DNA of 64,000 bases from a virus. Numbering within the stretch: the first letter of the stretch is position 1; each line of letters begins with the position of its first letter. The stretch lies in UHGV virus genome UHGV-1351982; one strand, given 5' to 3'. Under the pieces are notes generated by a model that was not told where the DNA came from, made no database searches, and saw only the letters and a list, made by a program, of their open reading frames with translations. Shown here piece by piece: positions 30,924 through 40,566 of this stretch. The position numbers were made by a program, and so were the translations under genes.

Positions 30924-31026
30924 TGGAAGTAGTAATTATTGCTTTACTAGTTGTGGTACTTATCGGGCAGTGCATCTTAGACAACCACTTAGCTCGTATC
31001 GAACGTAAGCTGCGGGGAGACAAATA

Positions 31027-31221
31027 ATGGATTGGTTAGGACTTATTACACTTGTAGTATGGCTTGTCTGGATTGTTGGATATATGACTTCACATCGTAA
31101 CCGTATACAGCGGCTAGAGGATAAAGTCACCCAGCTTAATATTAATATGGATAAGTTACTGGACTCCCAACGTAATGATCGGGCACGTATTCACCAACTT
31201 GAGAGGGAATTAGATGTTTAG
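31027..31221 (+). CDS. small membrane protein
   Basis: 64 aa with N-terminal TM helix LGLITLVVWLVWIVGY. Confidence 0.4.
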   Translation: MDWLGLITLVVWLVWIVGYMTSHRNRIQRLEDKVTQLNINMDKLLDSQRNDRARIHQLERELDV

Positions 31222-31441
31222 CTTTGTAGCTATCTTCATTATCGGGGTGCTTGCGGGAATCTTCGGAACACTCGGGGCTATTAACAAGCATCGTGAATAC
31301 GTTGCGGGAGTATCGCGGGAGCTTTCGGAAAGGGAGCGGAAGTTTGCGGAGAAACGTGCGGAGTTTGAGCGAGAGTGGTCGGATGGATCTCGGGCGTCGC
31401 AGAGGAGGTTTCGGGCTGATTCCGTGAGTTCTCCTAAGTAG
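31214..31441 (+). CDS. small membrane protein
   Basis: 75 aa with N-terminal TM helix FSFVAIFIIGVLAGIFGTLGAI. Confidence 0.4.
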   Translation: MFSFVAIFIIGVLAGIFGTLGAINKHREYVAGVSRELSERERKFAEKRAEFEREWSDGSRASQRRFRADSVSSPK

Positions 31442-31599
31442 CGCTAATTTGACTTTTGCCAAATCTCATAAGATTACACATGAAGGTGTGCCCAGAGGTT
31501 CCCTAGATGAGAATGAGTCTCATTACCGCCCCCTTACTTAGCAAGCTAATAGTCACACCATGTTATCATTACACAGTGTGACTATTTTATTTTTAATTG

Positions 31600-32334
31600 T
31601 TAGGCAACTTTTAATTTATCAATGAATTGTTGCGGTGTGGTACTATATTCCGCGCGTTCTTCCTCGGTCATACCTTCCCAACACATTTTTAAACGTTCGG
31701 CTAGGAATTGATAATCGTTATCATCATCAAGCGATTCATCAATAAAGGTTTCACCGATCAATGTTACGCCGATTGATAGGATATCGTTAACGGCTTGAGC
31801 ATCCAGCGTTTTAAATCCAGCACTTGCCGCCGCTGATAATACACCTTTATGATCATCAATCATTGTAAAATCAGCATTAGGATATAGCTGTTTAAACAGT
31901 TCAAAGTAATAAGATTTATATACAGCGTCTTTACTGTGGTATATTTCGCTAACCTTATTTGCATCAAAGTATTTATGTAATGTATCGCGGGAAAATACGC
32001 GAATATTACTATTTCCGCGCCCTCGCAAGCCTTGTTTGCGTAAATAAAAATAATCGCTTTTAGACATTAGGCGCGCGGTACAAATAATATTTAAAGTATT
32101 TGCATCATTCATACATTGGCGCATATATTCAACCAATGGCAATAAAGAATCCTGCATAATTAAATCATGCTTGCAGGCTTCGCGGGAATATTTATTTAAA
32201 TCTAAATTCCCATTATCATCAAAACAAGGCCCGACACGGTGCATTGAGTTAATGATTGTACCGTCTAAATCCCAAATCATAACGCGGGAAATATGCGGGA
32301 AAGTGCGGGTAATATTCATGTTGACTTGATTCAT
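31600..32334 (-). CDS. dmp: 5'-deoxyribonucleotidase (T5 Dmp-like, HAD-family)
   Basis: 244 aa, same length as T5 Dmp; HAD motif I VMIWDLDGTI near N-terminus. Confidence 0.6.
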   Translation of the reverse strand: MNQVNMNITRTFPHISRVMIWDLDGTIINSMHRVGPCFDDNGNLDLNKYSREACKHDLIMQDSLLPLVEYMRQCMNDANTLNIICTARLMSKSDYFYLRKQGLRGRGNSNIRVFSRDTLHKYFDANKVSEIYHSKDAVYKSYYFELFKQLYPNADFTMIDDHKGVLSAAASAGFKTLDAQAVNDILSIGVTLIGETFIDESLDDDNDYQFLAERLKMCWEGMTEEERAEYSTTPQQFIDKLKVA

Positions 32335-32421
32335 TTGTTACATTCTCCATTTAAGGGATTTAGGTTAATTCAATCTTGCCAGCTAATTATATTGGATTAG
32401 CTGGCAATGTTCAATTAACTA

Positions 32422-32814
32422 TTAATTAGTGAGGCCATACGCTAGCGCGTCACCAATAAAGCTAAGATCTTCACCATGTACGCTAGAACGAATCCCCGCG
32501 CAAGTGTAGACCATCGCGCTAGCTTCTGGATTGCAGACCGGACACGGCTTAACAACCGCAAACGCTAGACCGGATTTAAGCGCATCAATAATAATTGTTT
32601 GTACTGTTAAAGTATCAGCGTAAACACCTTTTGCTTTTGTATGGCTTGCCACTTTGCCGGTATCATAAGCAAAGGTAGTAACCTGCAAAACGTCGTTATA
32701 ATTCAGCAAATCGAAATTAACTTGCCCCGCCTCGACGTGATAACGTTCGCCATTAGAATAAACTAGAACGATGGAAGAAGTAGCGCGGTCAAAAGGAATG
32801 CTTTGGTTTTTCAT
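32422..32814 (-). CDS. hypothetical pre-early protein
   Basis: 130-aa ORF between dmp and A1-like gene. Confidence 0.4.
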   Translation of the reverse strand: MKNQSIPFDRATSSIVLVYSNGERYHVEAGQVNFDLLNYNDVLQVTTFAYDTGKVASHTKAKGVYADTLTVQTIIIDALKSGLAFAVVKPCPVCNPEASAMVYTCAGIRSSVHGEDLSFIGDALAYGLTN

Positions 32815-32846
32815 GTTTATGACTCCAGATTATTTAATTACGGGAT

Positions 32847-33125
32847 TTATTGAAAAAATACATTTAAAGATAAATCAGTTTTACGAAAATATGTTTCGTC
32901 GCCGTCTTTCCTTTCTTGATTAAGGTAATCGCCTGTCATTACCTGAATAGAATCTTTTCCGAAAAAGATCATATTTTCGCCAATATTACTATCCCATACG
33001 GCGTACATTCCCGCGTACATTCCACGGGTAACTAAATAAACGCAACTATCAAAAGACATTTCAGACCATGCAATATCTTCTAAACAATTGCTATCAGGGA
33101 TAGATATATTAATTTTACTAGCCAT
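32847..33125 (-). CDS. hypothetical pre-early protein
   Basis: 92-aa ORF. Confidence 0.4.
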   Translation of the reverse strand: MASKINISIPDSNCLEDIAWSEMSFDSCVYLVTRGMYAGMYAVWDSNIGENMIFFGKDSIQVMTGDYLNQERKDGDETYFRKTDLSLNVFFQ

Positions 33126-33177
33126 TTAATAAACCTTTTATTAATGGCGGTATATTTCAACCGCCGATTAAATTTAA

Positions 33178-34842
33178 TTATGCAAAGAATTTACCGTTCT
33201 TAAAGTCAATCAATGTTCTTTGACCGTTTGCATAGGTAATTAAATGCGTTTGCGTCCAGCTTGACGCGCCCACGTTGTAGCCCATATCAAGGGAACCAGC
33301 AACGCCAGCGGTATAAACGCCGCCGTAAATGCTAGCCGTATGAGTATGACCAGTGTTAAGGCGTCCCAACTTTTTAAACTGCTTAGGATTGCCCCGACTG
33401 CCGTTAATGCCATTGTGACCATGTACGCCGCATTCAATGCCAGCGATTTTAAACGACTGGTCAGTAGTCAGGAAAATAGCGTTAAATTCGCAACCTGCGA
33501 CACTACGCAAGGCGTAATCTAGCACGTTAAAAGTATCATCCTTTTCAGCAATAGCGGCGTATATAGCAGCGTTTAGACGGTGATACAATTCCGCGTTTGC
33601 GGGATCGTCTTTAATGTTAGCGTTACGATCATCTAACCAGCGGGATAAAGCTAAATCATGGTTAGATTCAACAATGATTGTTTGAGAGAAATCACGCTCC
33701 ATTGATTCTAATACGCGTCCAGTGTCGATAAGATCATCTAGAACCTTGTCACGTCCTGCGGCGTACTGTTTAGCAAGGAATACACCACTAGCGCGGTTGT
33801 GATGGTTACGCGATGTAAAATCATGCACATCATGAATAAACTGATATTTAGGCTTGAGAATATCAAGCAAGCTGTTTTCACTAGCCCATGAAGCAACGGC
33901 GCATTCATCATCTAATTTTTCGGCGTGAATATCACCATATTGCAAGCCTAGAACATGATCGGACGTTTCAAAACATCCGGTAGGCATAGCGCAAACATTC
34001 AAATCATAAAACATTCCGCTTTCGTCCATCGTTTCAAGCTGACGAACAAAAAATTCGCCGTCGTCGTCAAATTCTACCAGCAAAGCGCCGAAATTATGTA
34101 AAGCCTCGGCCTTTTGTCCTGCCTTTTGCTGGATATAGTTTTTAAGCGTAGCCGTTCCGGTTGAATACATACGGCGCACTACTTCACCTTTTAACGCTGG
34201 CACACTTTCAGCGGTAATTTTAGCGTGACCAATTGCCAGACCTTCAATATTTAAAGCCGTGGCGGTTTCTGCGAATCCTGAAAGCGGATAGTCTGCCGTT
34301 GGTAACACGTTAATTTCAGCCATGAAAGCAAAACGGCGATTATTTAAAAATACGTTTTTCTCGCAAATATATTTATTAAATGCGGGATCGTATTTAATGC
34401 CTTCGTTACCTTCTCCATTCTGGAAGCCGTTTTTATTGTAAATGAATTTACTAACCAGCAATTCACCGCCGATATATTCAGCGAATTTTTCCAGACTTGC
34501 TAAAAAGTTTTTATGCGGGAAAGTATTATTTTGAATCGACGTTAGAATAAAACGGCGACCGGATTTAACTTCCCACTGTTCCACGGTACTAGAAACAATT
34601 CCCGCCGCTTCGGGGCGATCATCATTTTTAATCGCCTTTTCAGCTTTTGCCGCTTTCGGTTTTGCTGGCTTATTTGCTTCCAACCAATCGCAAATTGCGG
34701 TTGAATGTTTCGTTGTATCGTAAACAGCTTTTGATATATCGTCGCAAACTTCCAGCTTAGTAGCGCGTAAACGTTTACCGTAGAAATTAAAATCAGCGGC
34801 AAGTTTAACGATCTGGGCTTGTTTTTCTGCGGAAATATTCAT
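33178..34842 (-). CDS. A1: A1-like pre-early protein with metallophosphatase motifs
   Basis: 554 aa (T5 A1 about 556 aa); calcineurin-like motifs GDIHAE and GHTHTASIYGG; in pre-early region next to dmp. Confidence 0.6.
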   Translation of the reverse strand: MNISAEKQAQIVKLAADFNFYGKRLRATKLEVCDDISKAVYDTTKHSTAICDWLEANKPAKPKAAKAEKAIKNDDRPEAAGIVSSTVEQWEVKSGRRFILTSIQNNTFPHKNFLASLEKFAEYIGGELLVSKFIYNKNGFQNGEGNEGIKYDPAFNKYICEKNVFLNNRRFAFMAEINVLPTADYPLSGFAETATALNIEGLAIGHAKITAESVPALKGEVVRRMYSTGTATLKNYIQQKAGQKAEALHNFGALLVEFDDDGEFFVRQLETMDESGMFYDLNVCAMPTGCFETSDHVLGLQYGDIHAEKLDDECAVASWASENSLLDILKPKYQFIHDVHDFTSRNHHNRASGVFLAKQYAAGRDKVLDDLIDTGRVLESMERDFSQTIIVESNHDLALSRWLDDRNANIKDDPANAELYHRLNAAIYAAIAEKDDTFNVLDYALRSVAGCEFNAIFLTTDQSFKIAGIECGVHGHNGINGSRGNPKQFKKLGRLNTGHTHTASIYGGVYTAGVAGSLDMGYNVGASSWTQTHLITYANGQRTLIDFKNGKFFA

Positions 34843-34951
34843 AACTAATTCAACTCCTATAAAGGGATAAAGATTAAAGCTGGCAATATTGCCAAATATA
34901 ACGCCTTGCCTGAAGTGAGGACAATTTAAAAGGCGTTATAATTTGCAACAT

Positions 34952-35176
34952 TTAATTAATCGGCATTAAACTAGAACAAAAGCCAAATACAATGCCAATT
35001 GTAAGAAAGATAATTGACATATATTTTTGAATGTTCGCGTTTTTGCGGAAATTATTTGCGGCGTAAACGTTATTAATTCCAATTATTGCCAGAATTGACC
35101 GCGTATAATTCAGAATAAAAGCGGCGGCAATAATAAATAAACCTAAAATAAACGCTTCGCTAGGATAAAAGATCAA
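34952..35176 (-). CDS. small membrane protein
   Basis: 74 aa, two hydrophobic helices. Confidence 0.35.
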   Translation of the reverse strand: MIFYPSEAFILGLFIIAAAFILNYTRSILAIIGINNVYAANNFRKNANIQKYMSIIFLTIGIVFGFCSSLMPIN

Positions 35177-35226
35177 GATTATTCTCCTTTAAGGGATAGC
35201 GGGGAATATTCCCCGCTAATTAAAAT

Positions 35227-35643
35227 TTATTCACCTGCGGCCTGTTTTACTTCCTCCGCTACGCCTAACAATTGCGCTACGGCGTCCAGCGTTTCCAGTT
35301 TTGCACTTTCCAGACTTGCCAAATCGTCGGCATCTTTTACAATGCCGCTATCAATGGCATGTTTAGCAATGACGCGCACATAGTGAGCTTTACGGACAGA
35401 GCTACCGCCGCCAACTTTACGCGGTTTATCGCTTTTCTGATAGGCTTTTGCACTGGCCAATTTAGAACGTACAGAAACAGGGGACGCAGCGCCAACGGCG
35501 GCGGCAATTTCTTTTAAGCCGTCACTATTCGCAAACTCAATCCCGCTTTTAGCAACCATTTCAGAGTACATAGAAACAGCTTTTTCGGTGTTTTCTTCGT
35601 TCCAAGAGAATTTTGCGGTTTTTTCGGTTTTAACGTTAGACAT
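35227..35643 (-). CDS. A2-like pre-early protein (putative DNA-binding)
   Basis: 138 aa immediately upstream of A1-like gene; size and position as T5 A2. Confidence 0.4.
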   Translation of the reverse strand: MSNVKTEKTAKFSWNEENTEKAVSMYSEMVAKSGIEFANSDGLKEIAAAVGAASPVSVRSKLASAKAYQKSDKPRKVGGGSSVRKAHYVRVIAKHAIDSGIVKDADDLASLESAKLETLDAVAQLLGVAEEVKQAAGE

Positions 35644-35743
35644 AATTTAATACTCCATTCAATTATTAATTAAGGGATTATGATTAACTAATGTTAATCC
35701 ATATATTCCCCATATTTCAGGGGAATATAAAAGTAACACTAAT

Positions 35744-35995
35744 TTATGCTATAGCTTGCCATTTATCATCTTTCTGAATGATCTTTACAACGTCGCCAGA
35801 TTTAACGCGAACATTATAAATAGGCTTGCTGTTGTTACTGCGTTCCGTTTCCGCATAGACCGCTTCAATCTTATCAAAGGGATCAAGCGCCGCACCTTTG
35901 ATACGTTCGGCTTTTCCGGTTAATTCATCAGTTTTAGTTACAAAAGGAATGAAAACAGATTGACCTACTTTCGGCGCGGTAATAACGTTTTGCAT
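35744..35995 (-). CDS. hypothetical protein
   Basis: 83-aa ORF. Confidence 0.4.
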   Translation of the reverse strand: MQNVITAPKVGQSVFIPFVTKTDELTGKAERIKGAALDPFDKIEAVYAETERSNNSKPIYNVRVKSGDVVKIIQKDDKWQAIA

Positions 35996-36159
35996 TTTTA
36001 ATACTCCGGTTTATTGGGGATTATTCCACAATAGCGCCTCGATACTTTGAAACGCTATTAGATTATAATCCGCTAGGAGTTAGCCTAAACATTACCATTA
36101 TCCAAATTTTTAAAGAGCAGTTACTACGGGGAACATCTTAAAACCTATCGGCTAGCGTG

Positions 36160-36378
36160 TCAAGCGTTTTTTAAACTTTTTTCGATTTGATGTGAGTTAT
36201 ATAAATCAATCATTATATTACGCCACACCATTTCCAGACCTTGCTGCTTACCTTTCTTGTATTGCTTGAATCTGTATTTTACAGATCGTTGCGCTACTGT
36301 CAACAAATTTTTTGTTCTGCTATCCAGTGGGCTAGCAGGTTTTGCACTAATCACTAAAGCGTTTTTTGATTTGATCAT
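36160..36378 (-). CDS. hypothetical basic protein
   Basis: 72-aa basic ORF. Confidence 0.35.
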   Translation of the reverse strand: MIKSKNALVISAKPASPLDSRTKNLLTVAQRSVKYRFKQYKKGKQQGLEMVWRNIMIDLYNSHQIEKSLKNA

Positions 36379-36760
36379 TATCGTCGATTCCTTATAATGT
36401 ATAAGTTTACCGCCGATAGGCTTTAAGATGTTCCCTAGTTTTTAAAGAGCATGGCGGTAAACTTCCCCGCCGTGTAATCTTGCGTTTCGTTTCCGTCCCG
36501 CCGTCCTACGAGATAAATAATAGGGGATTCCCGAAAATGGCGCAACCTTATTTTTGTAAAGAAACGTAAAGAAAACCACTACCCGCACCACGGCAAGCGG
36601 CGCACTAAGTTTAATGAAACAGGCGCGCGAATAACACTAAAACAACCACTTTAGCAAGTAATTTTTTCATTTATATCTGCTCTAGGGTACTTGACAAAAT
36701 CTAAAATCCTCGTGGTGAGGTTTTCTCGGTGTACCCCTTATGATTGCCTATCTTTTCCTT

Positions 36761-36798
36761 TGATGCGCTTAGAATCGCTTACAGAGCGTTTTAGACCC
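36761..36798. repeat. direct repeat copy 1 (TGATGCGCTTAGAATCGCTTACAGAGCGTTTTAGACCC)
   Basis: About 85 percent identical to 40503-40538 by eye. Confidence 0.6.
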
Positions 36799-37010
36799 TG
36801 TTAATAACTTATACAAAAAGCAAAAATGAAATTTAATGAGTTATCCACTTGATTTTTCAAAAAAGTATTTTCTGCTGTTATTTTTCATTGACAAATAAGT
36901 TTAGACGTGCATTGATTGGTTAGCAGACTAACAATCGCTAGGATAATAATCACGCTGGTGGATTGTAACAGCCGAAACAGTTAGCAGACTATTAATACTC
37001 TAAAAACCTA

Positions 37011-37041
37011 TTAGCCAACTAACTATTTCATATTATATAAT
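37011..37041 (+). promoter_or_regulatory. candidate promoter (-10 TATAAT with ATAAATT leader) about 430 nt upstream of the plus-strand cluster
   Basis: TATAATATACTTATAAATT matches the conserved early promoter/leader motif; -35 weak. Confidence 0.35.
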
Positions 37042-37099
37042 ATACTTATAAATTAAAGAGAAATAATAACTATAAGAAACTATCGGCTAAGTGAGAACC

Positions 37100-37222
37100 A
37101 CTATCATTTAGGTTATTCACAAAGTTATCCACAGCACAAAATAACTTGACGCAATAGGCGACGTTTTGGCGACTTATCCACAGACTTATGTACAGGTTAT
37201 CCTACTGTATAAATATACAGGG
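37100..37222. repeat. left copy of about 120-bp imperfect inverted repeat carrying two DnaA boxes (TTATTCACA 37113-37121, TTATCCACA 37125-37133), a third DnaA box (37174-37182) and a LexA-like box (37203-37222)
   Basis: Reverse complement of 40567-40690 aligns by eye; includes an identical 16-mer TTATCCACAGACTTAT. Confidence 0.6.
37203..37222. promoter_or_regulatory. LexA (SOS) box-like palindrome TACTGTATAAATATACAGGG
   Basis: CTGT-N8-ACAG core with AT-rich spacer, close to the E. coli consensus TACTGTATATATATACAGTA. Confidence 0.5.
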
Positions 37223-37469
37223 TAGAATGGTAGCAGTAACAACCGCAATCAAATTTAAGCGGCCTAGAACGCGCTACACGGCGTTTTCTCACTGCTACCC
37301 TTATTATAATAAAGCCTTGTGTACGCTTACAGAGAGCTAGAAATAGAAAACGCGCGGTTATCATAAAAACAGGCAGTAGGCAAGGAATAAAAAACCTTTT
37401 CTTTTTTCTTGCCCATAGTGAACAAATATCTATATCATTCACTCACCGATTAACGAGGGAGGCAAAGAA

Positions 37470-38489
37470 ATGTCTACTGTAAGAATTGCAGTGCCAGCAA
37501 ACGCAACTATTGTTAAAGGTAGTTTGCGCAACCTGCTAGATGGTAGTAGTGCGGCAAGTATTCAGCACACCGCTACTATTGTAGAAAAGATTCACGATGA
37601 AATTTTAGACAATAATGATACTCATTATTCAGTTGATGATTTCACGCTATTACTAGACCAGACAAGGGCGCTAGTAATTTTCAACCGTGATTATCACATT
37701 TTCCGTAATAGTCGGGGAACTGATATTGATTTTATCATTGTTGGTTATAGTGAGTCTCATAGTGGTTACATTGCGCGATTATATAACGTGCAAGAAAAGG
37801 AGCAGGTAACAGCAACAAAAGTAAATAATATCCGGCTGGATAGTGTCGGATCGTTATTAAATAGTATCTGGCGTGAATTATCCTCAAGCTATAAAGGTGC
37901 GGATAGTGACGCAATCGAAACAACTGGCGTATTGTGTTTTGAAAAGTCAACGGGTAACATGTTGATCCCTAGCGATTATTTAGGGTATGGGAATGAATCA
38001 AACGTTGCAAACGCTGGATTTACACTTTTCCCGCTTGACAATGTAACAAAACAGGCTGTAAACTCTCAAACTTCAAGCGCAATTGCGCAAACTACTGAAA
38101 ATAAAGGAAATAACACTATGTCTAAAGTAACCGCTATCGTTGCCGCTAATAAATCCGCCGCCGCTACCGCTGCAAAACTGGAAGCGGGTAAAGTAGCACT
38201 AACTCAGCTTACAAAAGTAGCGGCTAAAGCCCTGCCTTCTGGTATGGCTGGCATGTTCGCTAAACAGTATTTAGATACTCCGGTCGGGCGCGTTGTTGTT
38301 GCCAACTTGTTAAATCTGGCAATCGAACAATACGCACCGAATAACCAGAAAGCGCGAATTGTTGCTAAAGCCGCAATGGATGCCGCAATGCTGGAAGTGG
38401 TACAGAGTTTCAATATTTCTGAAATGATCGACAAGGCAATCGAGGGAATCAACATTGATGCTTTGACTGCTAATATTTCAGAAGAGTAA
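37470..38489 (+). CDS. hypothetical protein (339 aa), first gene of plus-strand pre-early cluster
   Basis: Strong RBS GAGGGAGG before ATG; own terminator hairpin after stop; no recognisable domain. Confidence 0.5.
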   Translation: MSTVRIAVPANATIVKGSLRNLLDGSSAASIQHTATIVEKIHDEILDNNDTHYSVDDFTLLLDQTRALVIFNRDYHIFRNSRGTDIDFIIVGYSESHSGYIARLYNVQEKEQVTATKVNNIRLDSVGSLLNSIWRELSSSYKGADSDAIETTGVLCFEKSTGNMLIPSDYLGYGNESNVANAGFTLFPLDNVTKQAVNSQTSSAIAQTTENKGNNTMSKVTAIVAANKSAAATAAKLEAGKVALTQLTKVAAKALPSGMAGMFAKQYLDTPVGRVVVANLLNLAIEQYAPNNQKARIVAKAAMDAAMLEVVQSFNISEMIDKAIEGINIDALTANISEE

Positions 38490-38498
38490 TAATAACAA

Positions 38499-38525
38499 GC
38501 GGGAATTAATTTTCCCGTTTTCTTC
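38499..38525 (+). terminator. terminator-like hairpin after the 339-aa gene
   Basis: CGGGA-ATTAATTT-TCCCG followed by TTTTCTT. Confidence 0.45.
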
Positions 38526-38547
38526 CCTTTTAGTTAGGAGACTAATT

Positions 38548-39039
38548 ATGTTTGGTAACAGAAATTATGGCAACCCTATTGAAGCACGATCCCTTAATCA
38601 TGACGCAATTGTATTCACTCATGCGTCTACCGGTTATTGTGGATCAGATGGGAATGATTATCATTTCGTTCCCGCTGGTGACGATATTGATGATCTATGT
38701 AATGAGGCAGGTTATGAAAATGCTTGCTCTTATGGTCTAGAAGTTATTGAAGTAGACGACGGCGAATATGAGGATAATGATAATATTGAATGCTCCGCTT
38801 ATCATTATCAGTTAAGTGAATCAGGTTGTTATATTGGCGGCGGCGATCCTATTAATTCCATCACTGAAATAATTATTGAAAATGGTGGCGTTTCGCTGAA
38901 TGGTAACAAGGCGTTACTATATGCAAACCGATTAAAGCAACTTGTATATATTCCTGATGGGAAAGAATGGGAAGAATACAACGTTCTAATTGCAGAATTG
39001 AAAAGCTGTTTCGGCGTGGAAGTGGTAGAAATAGTCTAA
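38548..39039 (+). CDS. strongly acidic hypothetical protein (163 aa)
   Basis: RBS TTAGGAGA; Asp/Glu make up over one fifth of residues with very few Lys/Arg, several Cys. Confidence 0.5.
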   Translation: MFGNRNYGNPIEARSLNHDAIVFTHASTGYCGSDGNDYHFVPAGDDIDDLCNEAGYENACSYGLEVIEVDDGEYEDNDNIECSAYHYQLSESGCYIGGGDPINSITEIIIENGGVSLNGNKALLYANRLKQLVYIPDGKEWEEYNVLIAELKSCFGVEVVEIV

Positions 39040-39054
39040 TGTAAAGTTTTGTAA

Positions 39055-39081
39055 AGGTCGCCCTAATCGGCGGCCTTTTTT
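39055..39081 (+). terminator. rho-independent terminator (GGTCGCC-CTAATC-GGCGGCC then TTTTTT)
   Basis: GC stem plus T6 immediately after the stop at 39039. Confidence 0.6.
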
Positions 39082-39146
39082 GTTATAATGCCTTTACACC
39101 GAAACGGTGGATTGAAAATTTTCCCTGATTTCTAGGAGGCGTTAAA

Positions 39147-39377
39147 ATGGTTGCTTTCTCTTCTTCTGACTCCCTTTTCACTGGTAAAGGTTGGGTATCT
39201 AATCGCTGGATCATTGATCAAATGGTTTCGGAATTTGGGATTGGTAAAACTTATGTTACCATTCAGGCGCTTTATGATAATGACAAGATTGACCAGCAAA
39301 CCGCCGGATTTTTGCTGGATACGCTGAAAGCGGAACATTGCACTAAAAAGCAAGCGGCAAAAATTGTTTTAATGTAA
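39147..39377 (+). CDS. hypothetical protein (76 aa)
   Basis: RBS CTAGGAGG; followed by hairpin GGGGCG-TTACTTTC-GCCCC. Confidence 0.45.
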   Translation: MVAFSSSDSLFTGKGWVSNRWIIDQMVSEFGIGKTYVTIQALYDNDKIDQQTAGFLLDTLKAEHCTKKQAAKIVLM

Positions 39378-39424
39378 TTAATAACGGGGCGTTACTTTCG
39401 CCCCTCATTCCCTTACTAGGAGTT

Positions 39425-39643
39425 ATGCAAATGTTAAAGAATGTTTCCCTTGCCCGTTCTAAAGGTTTTAAGCTGGTGGATGTTAACACCTTCGAGCGTC
39501 CAGATTGTAAAATCGAATATGTAGCACGCAACAAAAACCCTTTCCGTGTTACAGAAAAGAAATTTGACAAGCGCGGCAATTTGATAGCCGAAACGGTTAA
39601 ACACTTTGCTACTTTTTACGCTGCTTTTCGTGGGGTATTATGA
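39425..39643 (+). CDS. hypothetical basic protein (72 aa)
   Basis: RBS CTAGGAG; possible 33-aa hydrophobic ORF (39642-39743) overlapping its stop. Confidence 0.45.
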   Translation: MQMLKNVSLARSKGFKLVDVNTFERPDCKIEYVARNKNPFRVTEKKFDKRGNLIAETVKHFATFYAAFRGVL

Positions 39644-39752
39644 GATCCTTATATATTGCTCTAGCGTTTGCTACTGTTGGCGTTGTATGCTCATTCGCCG
39701 CATTTGTTTTAAAAATGTACATGATATTTTCCCAGCTTTAGGAGGTTGACAA

Positions 39753-40100
39753 ATGGTAATTTATGAGGGCAATCGTTTTGTTGCTAATTGCCGTCCGGCA
39801 TTGTTAGCAAACTATTTAAATCAGCTTTCACCAGTTTATAAAGGCGTGGTTAATATCTATGAAGGCAAAGCACATTATAAAATTTCTGCCGTTGTCGCTC
39901 GCGAGCTTGCCTTTCAGTTTCTTACTTTTAACTCATGCGATATTCAGGTTATGGGTGAGCCATTAGTCGCAGAAAATGAAAATGAATTTATTGACATTTT
40001 CCGCAAAGTATGTACAGAGCGCCTGATTATGAAGGGCGCGTATATTCAATCAACCGCTGAAAGTATTGAAACAGCGTTTCGAAAAATTGTAAATGAATAG
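39753..40100 (+). CDS. hypothetical protein (115 aa)
   Basis: RBS TTAGGAGG 8 nt before ATG. Confidence 0.45.
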   Translation: MVIYEGNRFVANCRPALLANYLNQLSPVYKGVVNIYEGKAHYKISAVVARELAFQFLTFNSCDIQVMGEPLVAENENEFIDIFRKVCTERLIMKGAYIQSTAESIETAFRKIVNE

Positions 40101-40226
40101 CTGGTGGCGAAAAACACAAAGCCATAAATCTAATAATACCGCTGGGAAACATTCCCAGCGTTTACGATTTGGTAATGGCTGCGTAATGATATTGATAATC
40201 ATCCTCATTCTAGGAGCGATGGCGTT

Positions 40227-40421
40227 ATGAGTGATAAAATTGTTGTAACTAAAACTACTGTTACCGTTGATACTTTCTTTGTGCCTGATACGCTGGAAAA
40301 TCGGCAATTAGTCGAGCGTGGCGATTATGACAAAGTGATATATGATGGGGATGGATACTATCAACATTTGGTAGACTCCTACGGCGAAAGCGAAAAGATC
40401 ACACATCGACTACCAGACTAA
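40227..40421 (+). CDS. hypothetical acidic protein (64 aa)
   Basis: RBS CTAGGAGC; terminator follows. Confidence 0.4.
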   Translation: MSDKIVVTKTTVTVDTFFVPDTLENRQLVERGDYDKVIYDGDGYYQHLVDSYGESEKITHRLPD

Positions 40422-40427
40422 TAATAA

Positions 40428-40457
40428 CGGGGCGCAACTATCGGCCCCGTCTTTTCT
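40428..40457 (+). terminator. rho-independent terminator (CGGGGCG-CAACTATC-GGCCCCG then TCTTTTCT)
   Basis: Strong GC hairpin and T-rich tail after last gene of plus-strand cluster. Confidence 0.6.
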
Positions 40458-40502
40458 GGCCTTCCTCAAATTTCCCCTTATTAAAATACCTCTTCCAAAA
40501 AT

Positions 40503-40538
40503 AAACGCGTTAGAATGCGTTACAGAGCGTTTTAGAGC
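40503..40538. repeat. direct repeat copy 2 (AAACGCGTTAGAATGCGTTACAGAGCGTTTTAGAGC)
   Basis: Matches 36761-36798. Confidence 0.6.
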
Positions 40539-40566
40539 TATATTAGAGTTATTCACTACGCAGGAA

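Noticed and set aside
37197-37442. 81-aa minus-strand ORF
   Set aside because: Sits in the regulatory region over the LexA and DnaA boxes, has an unusual Cys/Arg-rich composition and no RBS.
40050-40307. 85-aa minus-strand ORF
   Set aside because: Antisense to two plus-strand cluster genes that each have strong RBSs.
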